NCBI RefSeq assembly: GCF_006345805.1
Contig: NC_043011.1
Location: forward strand, 13,156,464 to 13,220,463
Direction of reading: 5' to 3'
Length of the DNA stretch: 64,000 nucleotides
Source: Octopus sinensis
Taxonomy: Eukaryota
Positions 39,585-51,129 of the stretch are shown piece after piece; position 1 is the stretch's first letter; every line of letters begins with the position of its first letter. The notes beneath the pieces are model-generated. The model made no database searches. It was not told where the DNA came from and saw only the letters and a program-made list of their open reading frames with translations. The position numbers were made by a program, and so were the translations under genes.

Positions 39585-39700
39585 GCATCCCCAAAGTCCA
39601 TCCCCACCTCACCGTGGTGGGGACGCTGACAACGGGTAGTGTCAGAGAGCTATGCCGTCGGGAACTTCGGTTCCTGGTAGGGCCACCCAAGGCGGATTGG
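39585..39700 (+). ncRNA. Candidate HDV-like self-cleaving ribozyme
   Basis: Manual fold: P1 39585-92/39619-26; P2 39598-605/39691-700; P3 39606-08/39616-18; L3 UCACCGU; P1.1 CA/UG(39627-28); J4/2 CAA 39688-90. Confidence 0.5.
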
Positions 39701-40097
39701 TCTGACACCGAGTGGTATTAGGGCCACAACCTGGCAGAAAATCCTCGGAGTGTCTGTTTCGGCAACCAGCAGCTCCTCGGTCATTCTGCCCCTGCGTCTG
39801 CGAACAATCTGCAGCAAACAGGATGTCTCTACATGCAGGATTGTTGGGGACCGCTTGTCAAATCCACATATTCCCATGAAACTTCTTCCATGAATTCTCA
39901 TTGGCGAATACAATGCCTCGAGGGTGATGGAAGAAGCCGACTCAACCCGCCAAGGGTGAATGTTGCCACAAGCACAAGTACATCTAGTAGATTTTATCGA
40001 TGGTTCCCGCAATTCTTTGGTGGTACTGAACAGAAATCAATAGAATTGCTTGAGTCTTCCATTAGCAGAATAACGATGCTCTGTATCCAAGATGATT
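39585..40097 (+). mobile_element. 5' end of an RTE-clade LINE (structured 5' UTR plus start of the APE domain), 3'-truncated
   Basis: GC-rich leader with agagctatgcc...ggtagggccaccc, also seen at the 59541 RTE start. Ends in IELLESSISRITMLCIQD, comparable to LPELTTSAVKQNIGII-IQ of the RTE at ~60100. Confidence 0.7.
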
Positions 40098-40938
40098 AAC
40101 ATCTGATGTAAGTAGTTTTCAAGTCTGGGTTGTTTACATTTTCATTGACCTTTGGCATTGAGTAAGCATCAAGAGAAGTAGACAAATTCACAGTTTGGCT
40201 GAAATCCACTACTGATCGTTTCTTCCTATTTATGACCACGAACACCAATGAACATTACAAAGAATAACCCGGCTGAATGATGCAGTCTTGTTTGCAATCT
40301 TTGTCTCCCTTCTTATGAATGAATTCTCTCATTTAGAGAAGCCCTTCAGCTTCGTGCAGCAACTGGTTTGACTTAAGAGCTAATGAACTGAAAGGCAGAG
40401 ACAGGTTGTATCAAGCTTAGAGTTAAAGCATTGCACTGAATGCTTATTGATAGATAGCCTCAACTAAGGAATTAGAATTTGATCCTAGTATTCCAGGCCA
40501 TGAATAATAGATTGTGTTCATTCAGGCTAAGTTTACACTTTTCCTAATATTGAAAATTTTGTAGTGCATTCTTGAGTTACATGCAATACCTTATCATCAT
40601 CAGTTATTTGTTTCTTTAAATTTCCAATAACAGACTTGGATCCTGTTGTACCAAGTTGCTCCAGAGTCTAGCATGGTTGATCTTTAGCTTGTTCCCCAGT
40701 GTTAATCATTTTCGTTGCTGTATTGATTCTTTTGTGAAGCACAGACAAGTCTTGATCTAGTCAATCACCCATATATGGTATAACTGATTTGGTAACACTC
40801 CTTGCTTTCATAGAGGTTACTTTGTAGTAAGAAGCCTGATTCTGTCTTTTCTTTTCTTAGATAAGCAAAGAATCTCAGAATAACTGACAGGATGAAAAGA
40901 ATTTCAATCTGCTTCACAAACAGAATTAAGCATTCATT

Positions 40939-43900
40939 GCCAGTGGCACGTAAAAAGCACCATCCGAACGTGGCCGTTTGCCAGCCTCACCTGGCCTCCA
41001 TGCCAGTGGCACGTAAAAAGCACCATCCGATCGTGGCCGTTTGCCAGCCTCACCTGGCCTCCATGCCAGTGGCACGTAAAAAGCACTATCCGATCGTGGC
41101 CGTTTGCCAGCCTCACCTGGCCTCCATGCCAGTGGCACGTAAAAAGCACCATCCAATCATGGCCGTTGCCAGCTTCGCCTGGCCTCCATGCCAGTGGCAT
41201 GTAAAAAGCACCATCCGATTGTGGCCGTTTGCCAGCCTCACCTGGCCTCCATGCCAGTGGCACGTAAAAAGCACCATCCGATTGTGGCCGTTTGCCAGCC
41301 TCACCTGGCCTCCATGCCAGTGGCACGTAAAAAGCACCATCCAATCATGGCCGTTGCCAGCTTCGCCTGGCCTCCATGCCAGTGGCATGTAAAAAGCACC
41401 ATCCAATCATGGCCGTTGCCAGCCTCACCTGGCCTCCATGCCAGTGGCACGTAAAAAGCACCATCCAATCATGGCCGTTGCCAGCTTCGCCTGGCCTCCA
41501 TGCCAGTGGCACGTAAAAAGCACCATCCAATCATGGCCGTTGCCAGCCTCACCTGGCCTCCATGCCAGTGGCACGTAAAAAGCACCATCCAATCATGGCC
41601 GTTGCCAGCTTCGCCTGGCCTCCATGCCAGTGGCACGTAAAAAGCACCATCCAATCATGGCCGTTGCCAGCTTCGCCTGGCCTCCATGCCAGTGGCATGT
41701 AAAAAGCACCATCCAATCATGGCCGTTGCCAGCCTCACCTGGCCTCCATGCCAGTGGCACGTAAAAAGCACCATCCAATCATGGCCGTTGCCAGCCTCAC
41801 CTGGCCTCCATGCCAGTGGCACGTAAAAAGCACCATCCAATCATGGCCGTTGCCAGCTTCGCCTGGCCTCCATGCCAGTGGCATGTAAAAAGCACCATCC
41901 GATTGTGGCCGTTTGCCAGCCTCACCTGGCCTCCATGCCAGTGGCATGTAAAAAGCACCATCCAATCGTGGACGTTTGCCAGCCTCACCTGGCCTCCATG
42001 CCAGTGGCACGTAAAAAGCACCATCCAATCATGGCCGTTTGCCAGCCTCACCTGGCCTCCATGCCAGTGGCACGTAAAAAGCACCATCCGATTGTGGCCG
42101 TTTGCCAGCCTCACCTGGCCTCCATGCCAGTGGCACGTAAAAAGCACCATCCAATCATGGCCGTTTGCCAGCCTCACCTGGCCTCCATGCCAGTGGCACG
42201 TAAAAAGCACCATCCGATTGTGGCCGTTTGCCAGCCTCACCTGGCCTCCATGCCAGTGGCATGTAAAAAGCACCATCCAATCATGGCCGTTTGCCAGCCT
42301 CACCTGGCCTCCATGCCAGTGGCACGTAAAAAGCACCATCCGATTGTGGCCGTTTGCCAGCCTCACCTGGCCTCCATGCCAGTGGCACGTAAAAAGCACC
42401 ATCCAATCATGGCCGTTTGCCAGCCTCACCTGGCCTCCATGCCAGTGGCACGTAAAAAGCACCATCCGATTGTGGCCGTTTGCCAGCCTCACCTGGCCTC
42501 CATGCCAGTGGCACGTAAAAAGCACCATCCAATCATGGCCGTTGCAGCTTCGCCTGCCTCCTCCATGCCTGGCATGTAAAAAGCACCATCCAATCATGGC
42601 CGTTGCCAGCCTCACCTGCCTCCATGCCAGTGGCACGTAAAAAGCACCATCCAATCATGGCCGTTGCCAGCCTCACCTGGCCTCCATGCCAGTGGCACGT
42701 AAAAAGCACCATCCAATCATGGCCGTTGCCAGCCTCACCTGGCCTCCATGCCAGTGGCATGTAAAAAGCACCATCCAATCATGGCCGTTGCCAGCCTCAC
42801 CTGGCCTCCATGCCAGTGGCACGTAAAAAGCACCATCCAATCATGGCCGTTGCCAGCCTCACCTGGCCTCCATGCCAGTGGCACGTAAAAAGCACCATCC
42901 AATCATGGCCGTTGCCAGCCTCACCTGGCCTCCATGCCAGTGGCATGTAAAAAGCACCATCCAATCATGGCCGTTGCCAGCCTCACCTGGCCTCCATGCC
43001 AGTGGCACGTAAAAAGCACCATCCAATCATGGCCGTTGCCAGCTTCGCCTGGCCTCCATGCCAGTGGCATGTAAAAAGCACCATCCAATCATGGCCGTTG
43101 CCAGCCTCACCTGGCCTCCATGCCAGTGGCACGTAAAAAGCACCATCCAATCATGGCCGTTGCCAGCCTCACCTGGCCTCCATGCCAGTGGCACGTAAAA
43201 AGCACCATCCAATCATGGCCGTTGCCAGCTTCGCCTGGCCTCCATGCCAGTGGCATGTAAAAAGCACCATCCAATCATGGCCGTTGCCAGCCTCACCTGG
43301 CCTCCATGCCAGTGGCACGTAAAAAGCACCATCCAATCATGGCCGTTGCCAGCCTCACCTGGCCTCCATGCCAGTGGCACGTAAACACCATCCAATCATG
43401 GCCGTTGCCAGCTTCGCCTGGCCTCCATGCCAGTGGCATGTAAAAAGCACCATCCAATCATGGCCGTTGCCAGCCTCACCTGGCCTCCATGCCAGTGGCA
43501 CGTAAAAAGCACCATCCGATTGCGGCCGTTTGCCAGCCTCACCTGGCCTCCATGCCAGTGGCATGTAAAAAGCACCATCCAATCATGGCCGTTGCCAGCT
43601 TCGCCTGGCCTCCATGCCAGTGGCATGTAAAAAGCACCATCCAATCATGGCCGTTGCCAGCCTCACCTGGCCTCCATGCCAGTGGCACGTAAAAAGCACC
43701 ATCCAATCATGGCCGTTGCCAGCTTCGCCTGGCCTCCATGCCAGTGGCACGTAAAAAGCACCATCCAATCATGGCCGTTGCCAGCCTCACCTGCCTCCAT
43801 GCCAGTGGCACGTAAAAAGCACCATCCAATCATGGCCGTTGCCAGCCTCACCTGGCCTCCATGCCAGTGGCACGTAAAAAGCACCATCCAATCATGGCCG

Positions 43901-46900
43901 TTGCCAGCCTCACCTGGCCTCCATGCCAGTGGCACGTAAAAAGCACCATCCAATCATGGCCGTTGCCAGCTTCGCCTGGCCTCCATGCCAGTGGCACGTA
44001 AAAAGCACCATCCAATCATGGCCGTTGCCAGCCTCACCTGGCCTCCATGCCAGTGGCACGTAAAAAGCACCATCCAATCATGGCCGTTGCCAGCCTCACC
44101 TGGCCTCCATGCCAGTGGCACGTAAAAAGCACCATCCAATCATGGCCGTTGCCAGCCTCACCTGGCCTCCATGCCAGTGGCACGTAAAAAGCACCATCCA
44201 ATCATGGCCGTTGCCAGCTTCGCCTGGCCTCCATGCCAGTGGCATGTAAAAAGCACCATCCAATCATGGCCGTTGCCAGCCTCCCTGGCCTCCATGCCAG
44301 TGGCACGTAAAAAGCACCATCCAATCATGGCCGTTGCCAGCTTCGCCTGGCCTCCATGCCAGTGGCATGTAAAAAGCACCATCCAATCATGGCCGTTTGC
44401 CAGCCTCACCTGGCCTCCATGCCAGTGGCACGTAAAAAGCACCATCCAATCATGGCCGTTGCCAGCTTCGCCTGGCCTCCATGCCAGTGGCACGTAAAAA
44501 GCACCATCCAATCATGGCCGTTGCCAGCCTCACCTGGCCTCCATGCCAGTGGCATGTAAAAAGCACCATCCAATCATGGCCGTTGCCAGCTTCGCCTGGC
44601 CTCCATGCCAGTGGCATGTAAAAAGCACCATCCAATCATGGCCGTTGCCAGCCTCACCTGGCCTCCATGCCAGTGGCACGTAAAAAGCACCATCCAATCA
44701 TGGCCGTTGCCAGCTTCGCCTGGCCTCCATGCCAGTGGCATGTAAAAAGCACCATCCAATCATGGCCGTTGCCAGCCTCACCTGGCCTCCATGCCAGTGG
44801 CACGTAAAAAGCACCATCCAATCATGGCCGTTGCCAGCCTCACCTGGCCTCCATGCCAGTGGCACGTAAAAAGCACCATCCAATCATGGCCGTTGCCAGC
44901 CTCACCTGGCCTCCATGCCAGTGGCACGTAAAAAGCACCATCCAATCATGGCCGTTGCCAGCTTCGCCTGGCCTCCATGCCAGTGGCATGTAAAAAGCAC
45001 CATCCAATCATGGCCGTTTGCCAGCCTCACCTGGCCTCCATGCCAGTGGCACGTAAAAAGCACCATCCAATCATGGCCGTTGCCAGCTTCGCCTGGCCTC
45101 CATGCCAGTGGCATGTAAAAAGCACCATCCAATCATGGCCGTTGCCAGCCTCACCTGGCCTCCATGCCAGTGGCACGTAAAAAGCACCATCCGATTGTGG
45201 CCGTTTGCCAGCCTCACCTGGCCTCCATGCCAGTGGCACGTAAAAAGCACCATCCAATCATGGCCGTTGCCAGCTTCGCCTGGCCTCCATGCCAGTGGCA
45301 CGTAAAAAGCACCATCCAATCATGGCCGTTGCCAGCTTCGCCTGGCCTCCATGCCAGTGGCATGTAAAAAGCACCATCCAATCATGGCCGTTTGCCAGCC
45401 TCACCTGGCCTCCATGCCAGTGGCACGTAAAAAGCCACCATCCGATTGTGGCCGTTTGCCAGCCTCACCTGGCCTCCATGCCAGTGGCACGTAAAAGCAC
45501 CATCCAATCATGGCCGTTGCCAGCTTCGCCTGGCCTCCATGCCAGTGGCATGTAAAAGACCATCCAATCATGGCCGTTGCCAGCCTCACTGGCCTCCATG
45601 CCAGTGGCACGTAAAAAGCACCATCCAATCATGGCCGTTGCCAGCTTCGCCTGGCCTCCATGCCAGTGGCATGTAAAAAGCACCATCCAATCATGGCCGT
45701 TTGCCAGCCTCACCTGGCCTCCATGCCAGTGGCACGTAAAAAGCACCATCCAATCATGGCCGTTGCCAGCTTCGCCTGGCCTCCATGCCAGTGGCATGTA
45801 AAAAGCACCATCCAATCATGGCCGTTTGCCAGCCTCACCTGGCCTCATGCCAGTGGCACGTAAAAAGCACCATCCAATCATGGCCGTTGCCAGCCTCACC
45901 TGGCCTCCATGCCAGTGGCACGTAAAAAGCACCATCCATCATGGCCGTTGCCAGCTTCGCCTGGCCTCCATGCCAGTGGCACGTAAAAAGCACCATCCAA
46001 TCATGGCCGTTGCCAGCCTCACCTGGCCTCCATGCCAGTGGCACGTAAAAAGCACCATCCAATCATGGCCGTTGCCAGCCTCACCTGGCCTCCATGCCAG
46101 TGGCACGTAAAAAGCACCATCCAATCATGGCCGTTGCCAGCTTCGCCTGGCCTCCATGCCAGTGGCATGTAAAAAGCACCATCCAATCATGGCCGTTGCC
46201 AGCCTCACCTGGCCTCCATGCCAGTGGCACGTAAAAAGCACCATCCAATCATGGCCGTTGCCAGCCTCACCTGGCCTCCATGCCAGTGGCACGTAAAAAG
46301 CACCATCCAATCATGGCCGTTGCCAGCCTCACCTGGCCTCCATGCCAGTGGCACGTAAAAAGCACCATCCAATCATGGCCGTTGCCAGCCTCACCTGGCC
46401 TCCATGCCAGTGGCACGTAAAAAAGCACATCCAATCATGGCCGTTGCCAGCCTCACCTGGCCTCCATGCCAGTGGCACGTAAAAAGCACCATCCAATCAT
46501 GGCCGTTGCCAGCCTCACCTGGCCTCCATGCCAGTGGCACGTAAAAAGCACCATCCAATCATGGCCGTTGCCAGCCTCACCTGGCCTCCATGCCAGTGGC
46601 ACGTAAAAAGCACCATCCAATCATGGCCGTTGCCAGCCTCACCTGGCCTCCATGCCAGTGGCACGTAAAAAGCACCATCCAATCATGGCCGTTGCCAGCC
46701 TCACCTGGCTCCATGCCAGTGGCACGTAAAAAGCACCATCCAATCATGGCCGTTTGCCAGCCTCACCTGGCCTCCATGCCAGTGGCACGTAAAAAGCACC
46801 AAATCATGGCCGTTGCCAGCCTCACCTGGCCTCCATGCCAGTGGCACGTAAAAAGCACCATCCAATCATGGCCGTTGCCAGCCTCACCTGGCCTCCATGC

Positions 46901-48310
46901 CAGTGGCACGTAAAAAGCACCATCCAATCATGGCCGTTGCCAGCCTCACCTGGCCTCCATGCCAGTGGCACGTAAAAAGCACCATCCAATCATGGCCGTT
47001 GCCAGCTCGCCTGGCCTCCATGCCAGTGGCATGTAAAAAGCACCATCCAATCATGGCCGTTGCCAGCTTCGCCTGGCCTCCATGCCAGTGGCACGTAAAA
47101 AGCACCATCCAATCATGGCCGTTGCCAGCCTCACCTGGCCTCCATGCCAGTGGCACGTAAAAGCACCATCCAATCATGGCCGTTGCCAGCCTCACCTGGC
47201 CTCCATGCCAGTGGCACGTAAAAAGCACCATCCAATCATGGCGTTGCCAGCTTCGCCTGGCCTCCATGCCAGTGGCATGTAAAAAGCACCATCCAATCAT
47301 GGCCGTTGCCAGCTTCGCCTGGCCTCCATGCCAGTGGCACGTAAAAAGCACCATCCAATCATGGCCGTTGCCAGCCTCACCTGGCCTCCATGCCAGTGGC
47401 ACGTAAAAAGCACCATCCAATCATGGCCGTTGCCAGCCTCACCTGGCCTCCATGCCAGTGGCACGTAAAAAGCACCATCCAATCATGGCCGTTGCCAGCC
47501 TCACCTGGCCTCCATGCCAGTGGCACGTAAAAAGCACCATCCAATCATGGCCGTTGCCAGCCTTACCTGGCCTCCATGCCAGTGGCACGTAAAAAGCACC
47601 ATCCAATCATGGCCGTTGCCAGCTTCGCCTGGCCTCCATGCCAGTGGCATGTAAAAAGCACCATCCAATCATGGCCGTTGCCAGCCTCACCTGGCCTCCA
47701 TGCCAGTGGCACGTAAAAAGCACCATCCAATCATGGCCGTTGCCAGCCTCACCTGGCCTCCATGCCAGTGGCACGTAAAAAGCACCATCCAATCATGGCC
47801 GTTGCCAGCCTCACCTGGCCTCCATGCCAGTGGCACGTAAAAAGCACCATCCAATCATGGCCGTTGCCAGCCTCACCTGGCCTCCATGCCAGTGGCACGT
47901 AAAAAGCACCATCCAATCATGGCCGTTGCCAGCCTCACCTGGCCTCCATGCCAGTGGCACGTAAAAATCACCATCCAATCATGGCCGTTGCCAGCCTCAC
48001 CTGGCCTCCATGCCAGTGGCACGTAAAAAGCACCATCCAATCATGGCCGTTGCCAGCCTCACCTGGCCTCCATGCCAGTGGCACGTAAAAAGCACCATCC
48101 AATCATGGCCGTTGCCAGCTTCGCCTGGCCTCCATGCCAGTGGCATGTAAAAAGCACCATCCGATTGTGGCCGTTTGCCAGCCTCACCTGGCCTCCATGC
48201 CAGTGGCACGTAAAAAGCACCATCCGATTGTGGCCGTTTGCCAGCCTCACCTGGCCTCCATGCCAGTGGCACGTAAAAAGCACCATCCCATCGTGGCCGT
48301 TTGCCAGCCT
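40939..48310 (+). repeat. 62/63-bp minisatellite array (~119 units, ~7.4 kb) derived from the internal unit of SINE family B
   Basis: Consensus gccagtggcacgtaaaaagcaccatccaatcatggccgttgccagcctcacctggcctccat; runs directly into the SINE B 3' end. Confidence 0.98.
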
Positions 48311-48496
48311 CGTCTGGCACATAAAGAGCACCCACTACGCTCACGGAGTGGTTGGCATTAGGAAGGGCATCCAGCCGTAGAAACACTGCCAGATCAGACT
48401 GGAGCCTGGTGCAGCCTCCTGGCTTCCCAGAACCCAGTTGAACCGTCCAACCCATGCTAGTATGGAAAGCGGACATTAAACGATGATGATGATGAT
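48311..48496 (+). mobile_element. SINE family B 3' end with (GAT)n tail terminating the satellite
   Basis: cgtctggcacataaagagcacccactac...catgctagtatggaaagcggacattaaacgatgatgatgatgatg. Confidence 0.92.
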
Positions 48497-49239
48497 GTTA
48501 TCTGTTCCCACAAAAGCACACACTTATCAGAACCAGATTTCCTTTTTGTCTCAATGAAGCTTAACTAGTTTGGGTCAAATTCTGCAACTGAAGAATCTTT
48601 TCAACATCAAGTCAAGCAAAGTACTGCTGTGAAGAAAACAAATGTTGTGTTGAGTCCCTTGTTCTAGAACGTTTGTCATGTTGAATATTTTGCTCAAAGA
48701 GTTATCTGGTATAATAAGACACTACACCCTAGCTGGTTCAATTCTTCTTGGTATCTCACACAATTTTTAATTTGATGGAACTTATCATGATAGAGGTAGT
48801 TAATGAAGAGATTAATTTCTCTTCATTGCATTATTCCACAAACGCACCTCATGTGCAGTTCCACTTGAGCCAGGAAGTATCAGCTTAAGCAATGAAGAAT
48901 ATTGAAAAATTTTTGTCATGTAAAAGAGTCATATTTGATGCAGAGTTGCTATTCTTATTGTTGGACATCTTAAGATTCTCATATGCCGAAGATGGAATAA
49001 AAAAGTAGTTGCGTGAATTGTCATGAAATAAAAAATATGCCAGTAAGTTATGTTGCTTGATATTGTATCCAACTGAACTTATACCTTGTTAGGAACACTG
49101 ATATCTATAGTCAATACCTGTGTAGGACTGATATCTCTTATTATAAAAGGCAGATTTTATCTGCCTCCCTTTGTAACTTATAGAAATCTACAATATAGGA
49201 TTTCTTCAATTACAATTTACCTAGCATTTTTAAGAGTAG

Positions 49240-50064
49240 AATGCATCGGGTCATGCCAGGTCCAGTTTTTAAAATTTAAACTCCAATTAAGCAAAATTTA
49301 CAGAAAACTCACATTCTGGTGTGTATGTCAAATGTTTTTCTTAATGTGGTTTACACCACACGCAAACGCACACACACACAAAGGGAGCGAATTGTTTCAC
49401 TGACGCTATCACCCTTCTCCTCCTTTGTCTTTGCAAGTTTGCAGCTATTAAAGTGAAAACAGTGAATCCGACAGCGATAAAGAAAACGAATTGGTACCTG
49501 AATGGAGTGAAAATTTAAAAACTGTTTCTTTCGGTGATTTTTCTGAAGAAACTGCACCAAGCCACAGACTTTCCCAGAAGAGTAAAGCCTTAGACTATTT
49601 CTATTTACTTTTTCAAATGAGCCCATTTGAAATCATTACGGCAGAAACGAAACGTTACGCTAAACGTAAACAAAACGAAAGAAATGATAGTTTGTTATTT
49701 CCCACAACCTTAAATGAAATTAAGGCCTATTTTGCCATAAATATTATTATGGGTATCAGAAAGTTACCCAGAATAACAAATTCTATCGTAAAATTTTGTT
49801 GTATGCGATGTTTGAACAAAATTTTAATAATTTTATATATTGTTGAATTTACCTGTATCTACCTGCAATTAGAGTCACTTTGTGACAAAAATTATAGTAT
49901 AGAATTGGTTGAGGACATTTCATTAAATTATCTTCCAAAATTCACGTTAATATATTGATAAATAAAAAAGTTATTGTTGTTTAATGAAACCAGACTAATT
50001 ACGTTAGAAATTAATTGAAACACATAAGGGGTGTATTTTGGTCAGAAATATAGTAACGAAAGGG
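49240..50064 (+). mobile_element. piggyBac deletion derivative: transposase N-terminal relic plus right terminus
   Basis: ORF 49491-49958 ...ALDYFYLLF...IITAETKRYA...TTLNEIKAYFAINIIMGIRKLP is the PGBD/DDE_Tnp_1_7 N-terminal pattern. Ends gtaacgaaaggg|ttaa (50065-68). Left end not found. Confidence 0.85.
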
Positions 50065-50176
50065 TTAAGAAAAACCAAAAAATATTTTATTCTTTATAAA
50101 TGTTGTATTCAAAATAACATTTTCTTTTAAGAATGTGTATATAACAAAGTATGTGTATATAACTACGTGACTTATA

Positions 50177-50573
50177 TCTTTATATATAAGAGTGAAGTTG
50201 TGTGTCTGTCTCCTATGATTTAGATTCCTAACTACTCCCACATTTTGCGGTGCAGTGTAACCAAAACCGGGTATCTTATAGTCGTGAGTCATATCGAGCC
50301 CTTCTGGGTATTAGCGCGCGTCTACGATGAGTCTACGATTTAAAAAAATTTACCATCATATTTTTCCATTTTAATGCATTTTTTTCGCTATTATATAAGG
50401 GAAGTAACTCTCTAAAAATATCTATGATGTGTCAACGATTTAAAAAGAAATTTACCTTAATTTTTTTTCCATTTTTAATGCATTTTTTTCCTATTTTTTG
50501 GCTATAACTCTCTAAAAATGCTTATATAGTTATTTCCCTTACAAACCCGAGCAACGCCGGGCGATACTGCTAG
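50177..50573 (+). mobile_element. Non-autonomous Helitron 1
   Basis: a|TCtttatatataag ... hairpin cccgagcaacgccggg ... CTAG|t. Confidence 0.8.
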
Positions 50574-50941
50574 TCTCTATATATAAACGGCAAAATATCT
50601 GTCTGTGTGTGTGTGTCCTTTATACAAATCCACAATTTTTCAGATAGAGGGCTCACACTTTCTATGGTCATTCAAAACCGGCCATGGGTGGTCATGCACA
50701 TCTTTACATTTCCCCAGTCATCCTGCAACGCTATTAAAAAATCAATAGAAGTCACTTTTTTGTGAATTTTCTATCCAAAACCCAATCAAAATGCCTGAAT
50801 CTTAATAAGCCAATTGAATACCAGCTAGCTGTTTGTAATTGGTCAGAGATTTGGACAGTACTCGCGTGTATGTGCGCACGCACGCAGCTGTATATGCATG
50901 CACTAGCATTATGACCTGGCGTTGCTGGGTCATAGTGCTAG
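50574..50941 (+). mobile_element. Non-autonomous Helitron 2, abutting Helitron 1
   Basis: TCtctatatataaacgg ... terminal hairpin actagcattatgacctggcgttgctgggtcatagtgctag|t. Confidence 0.75.
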
Positions 50942-51039
50942 TATAGTATAAACAATCACAGTATTGAATAAATAAAATGTTATAAAAGTCATTCATTCTA
51001 TGCTTGAAAGACAAAATAACTGCATGTGTGTGTATTTAC

Positions 51040-51129
51040 CTGTTCTCCTCTTTCCTTAGATACCTGTCGTCGATCATTCATATCACATTTGTTACCTAAA
51101 ATCATTTTCTCAACGTCTTTAGAAGCGTG
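51040..51129 (-). CDS. Rab8: Rab8 coding exon (90 bp): [31 protein letters not shown]4 NKCD
   Basis: tttatttgcag|CAC GCT TCT ... GGA GAA CAG|gtaaat; contains the GNKCD guanine-specificity motif. Confidence 0.97.

Noticed and set aside
40939-48310. CRISPR-array-like regular periodicity
   Set aside because: Units are fully repeated with no unique spacers, there are no cas genes, and the context is a eukaryotic intron.
40892-48476. Dozens of ORFs up to 285 aa (MPVARKKHHP..., MDGAFYVPLAW...)
   Set aside because: These are translations of the 62/63-bp tandem unit. The longest ORFs coincide with 63-bp (3n) units, and there is no splice or codon evidence.
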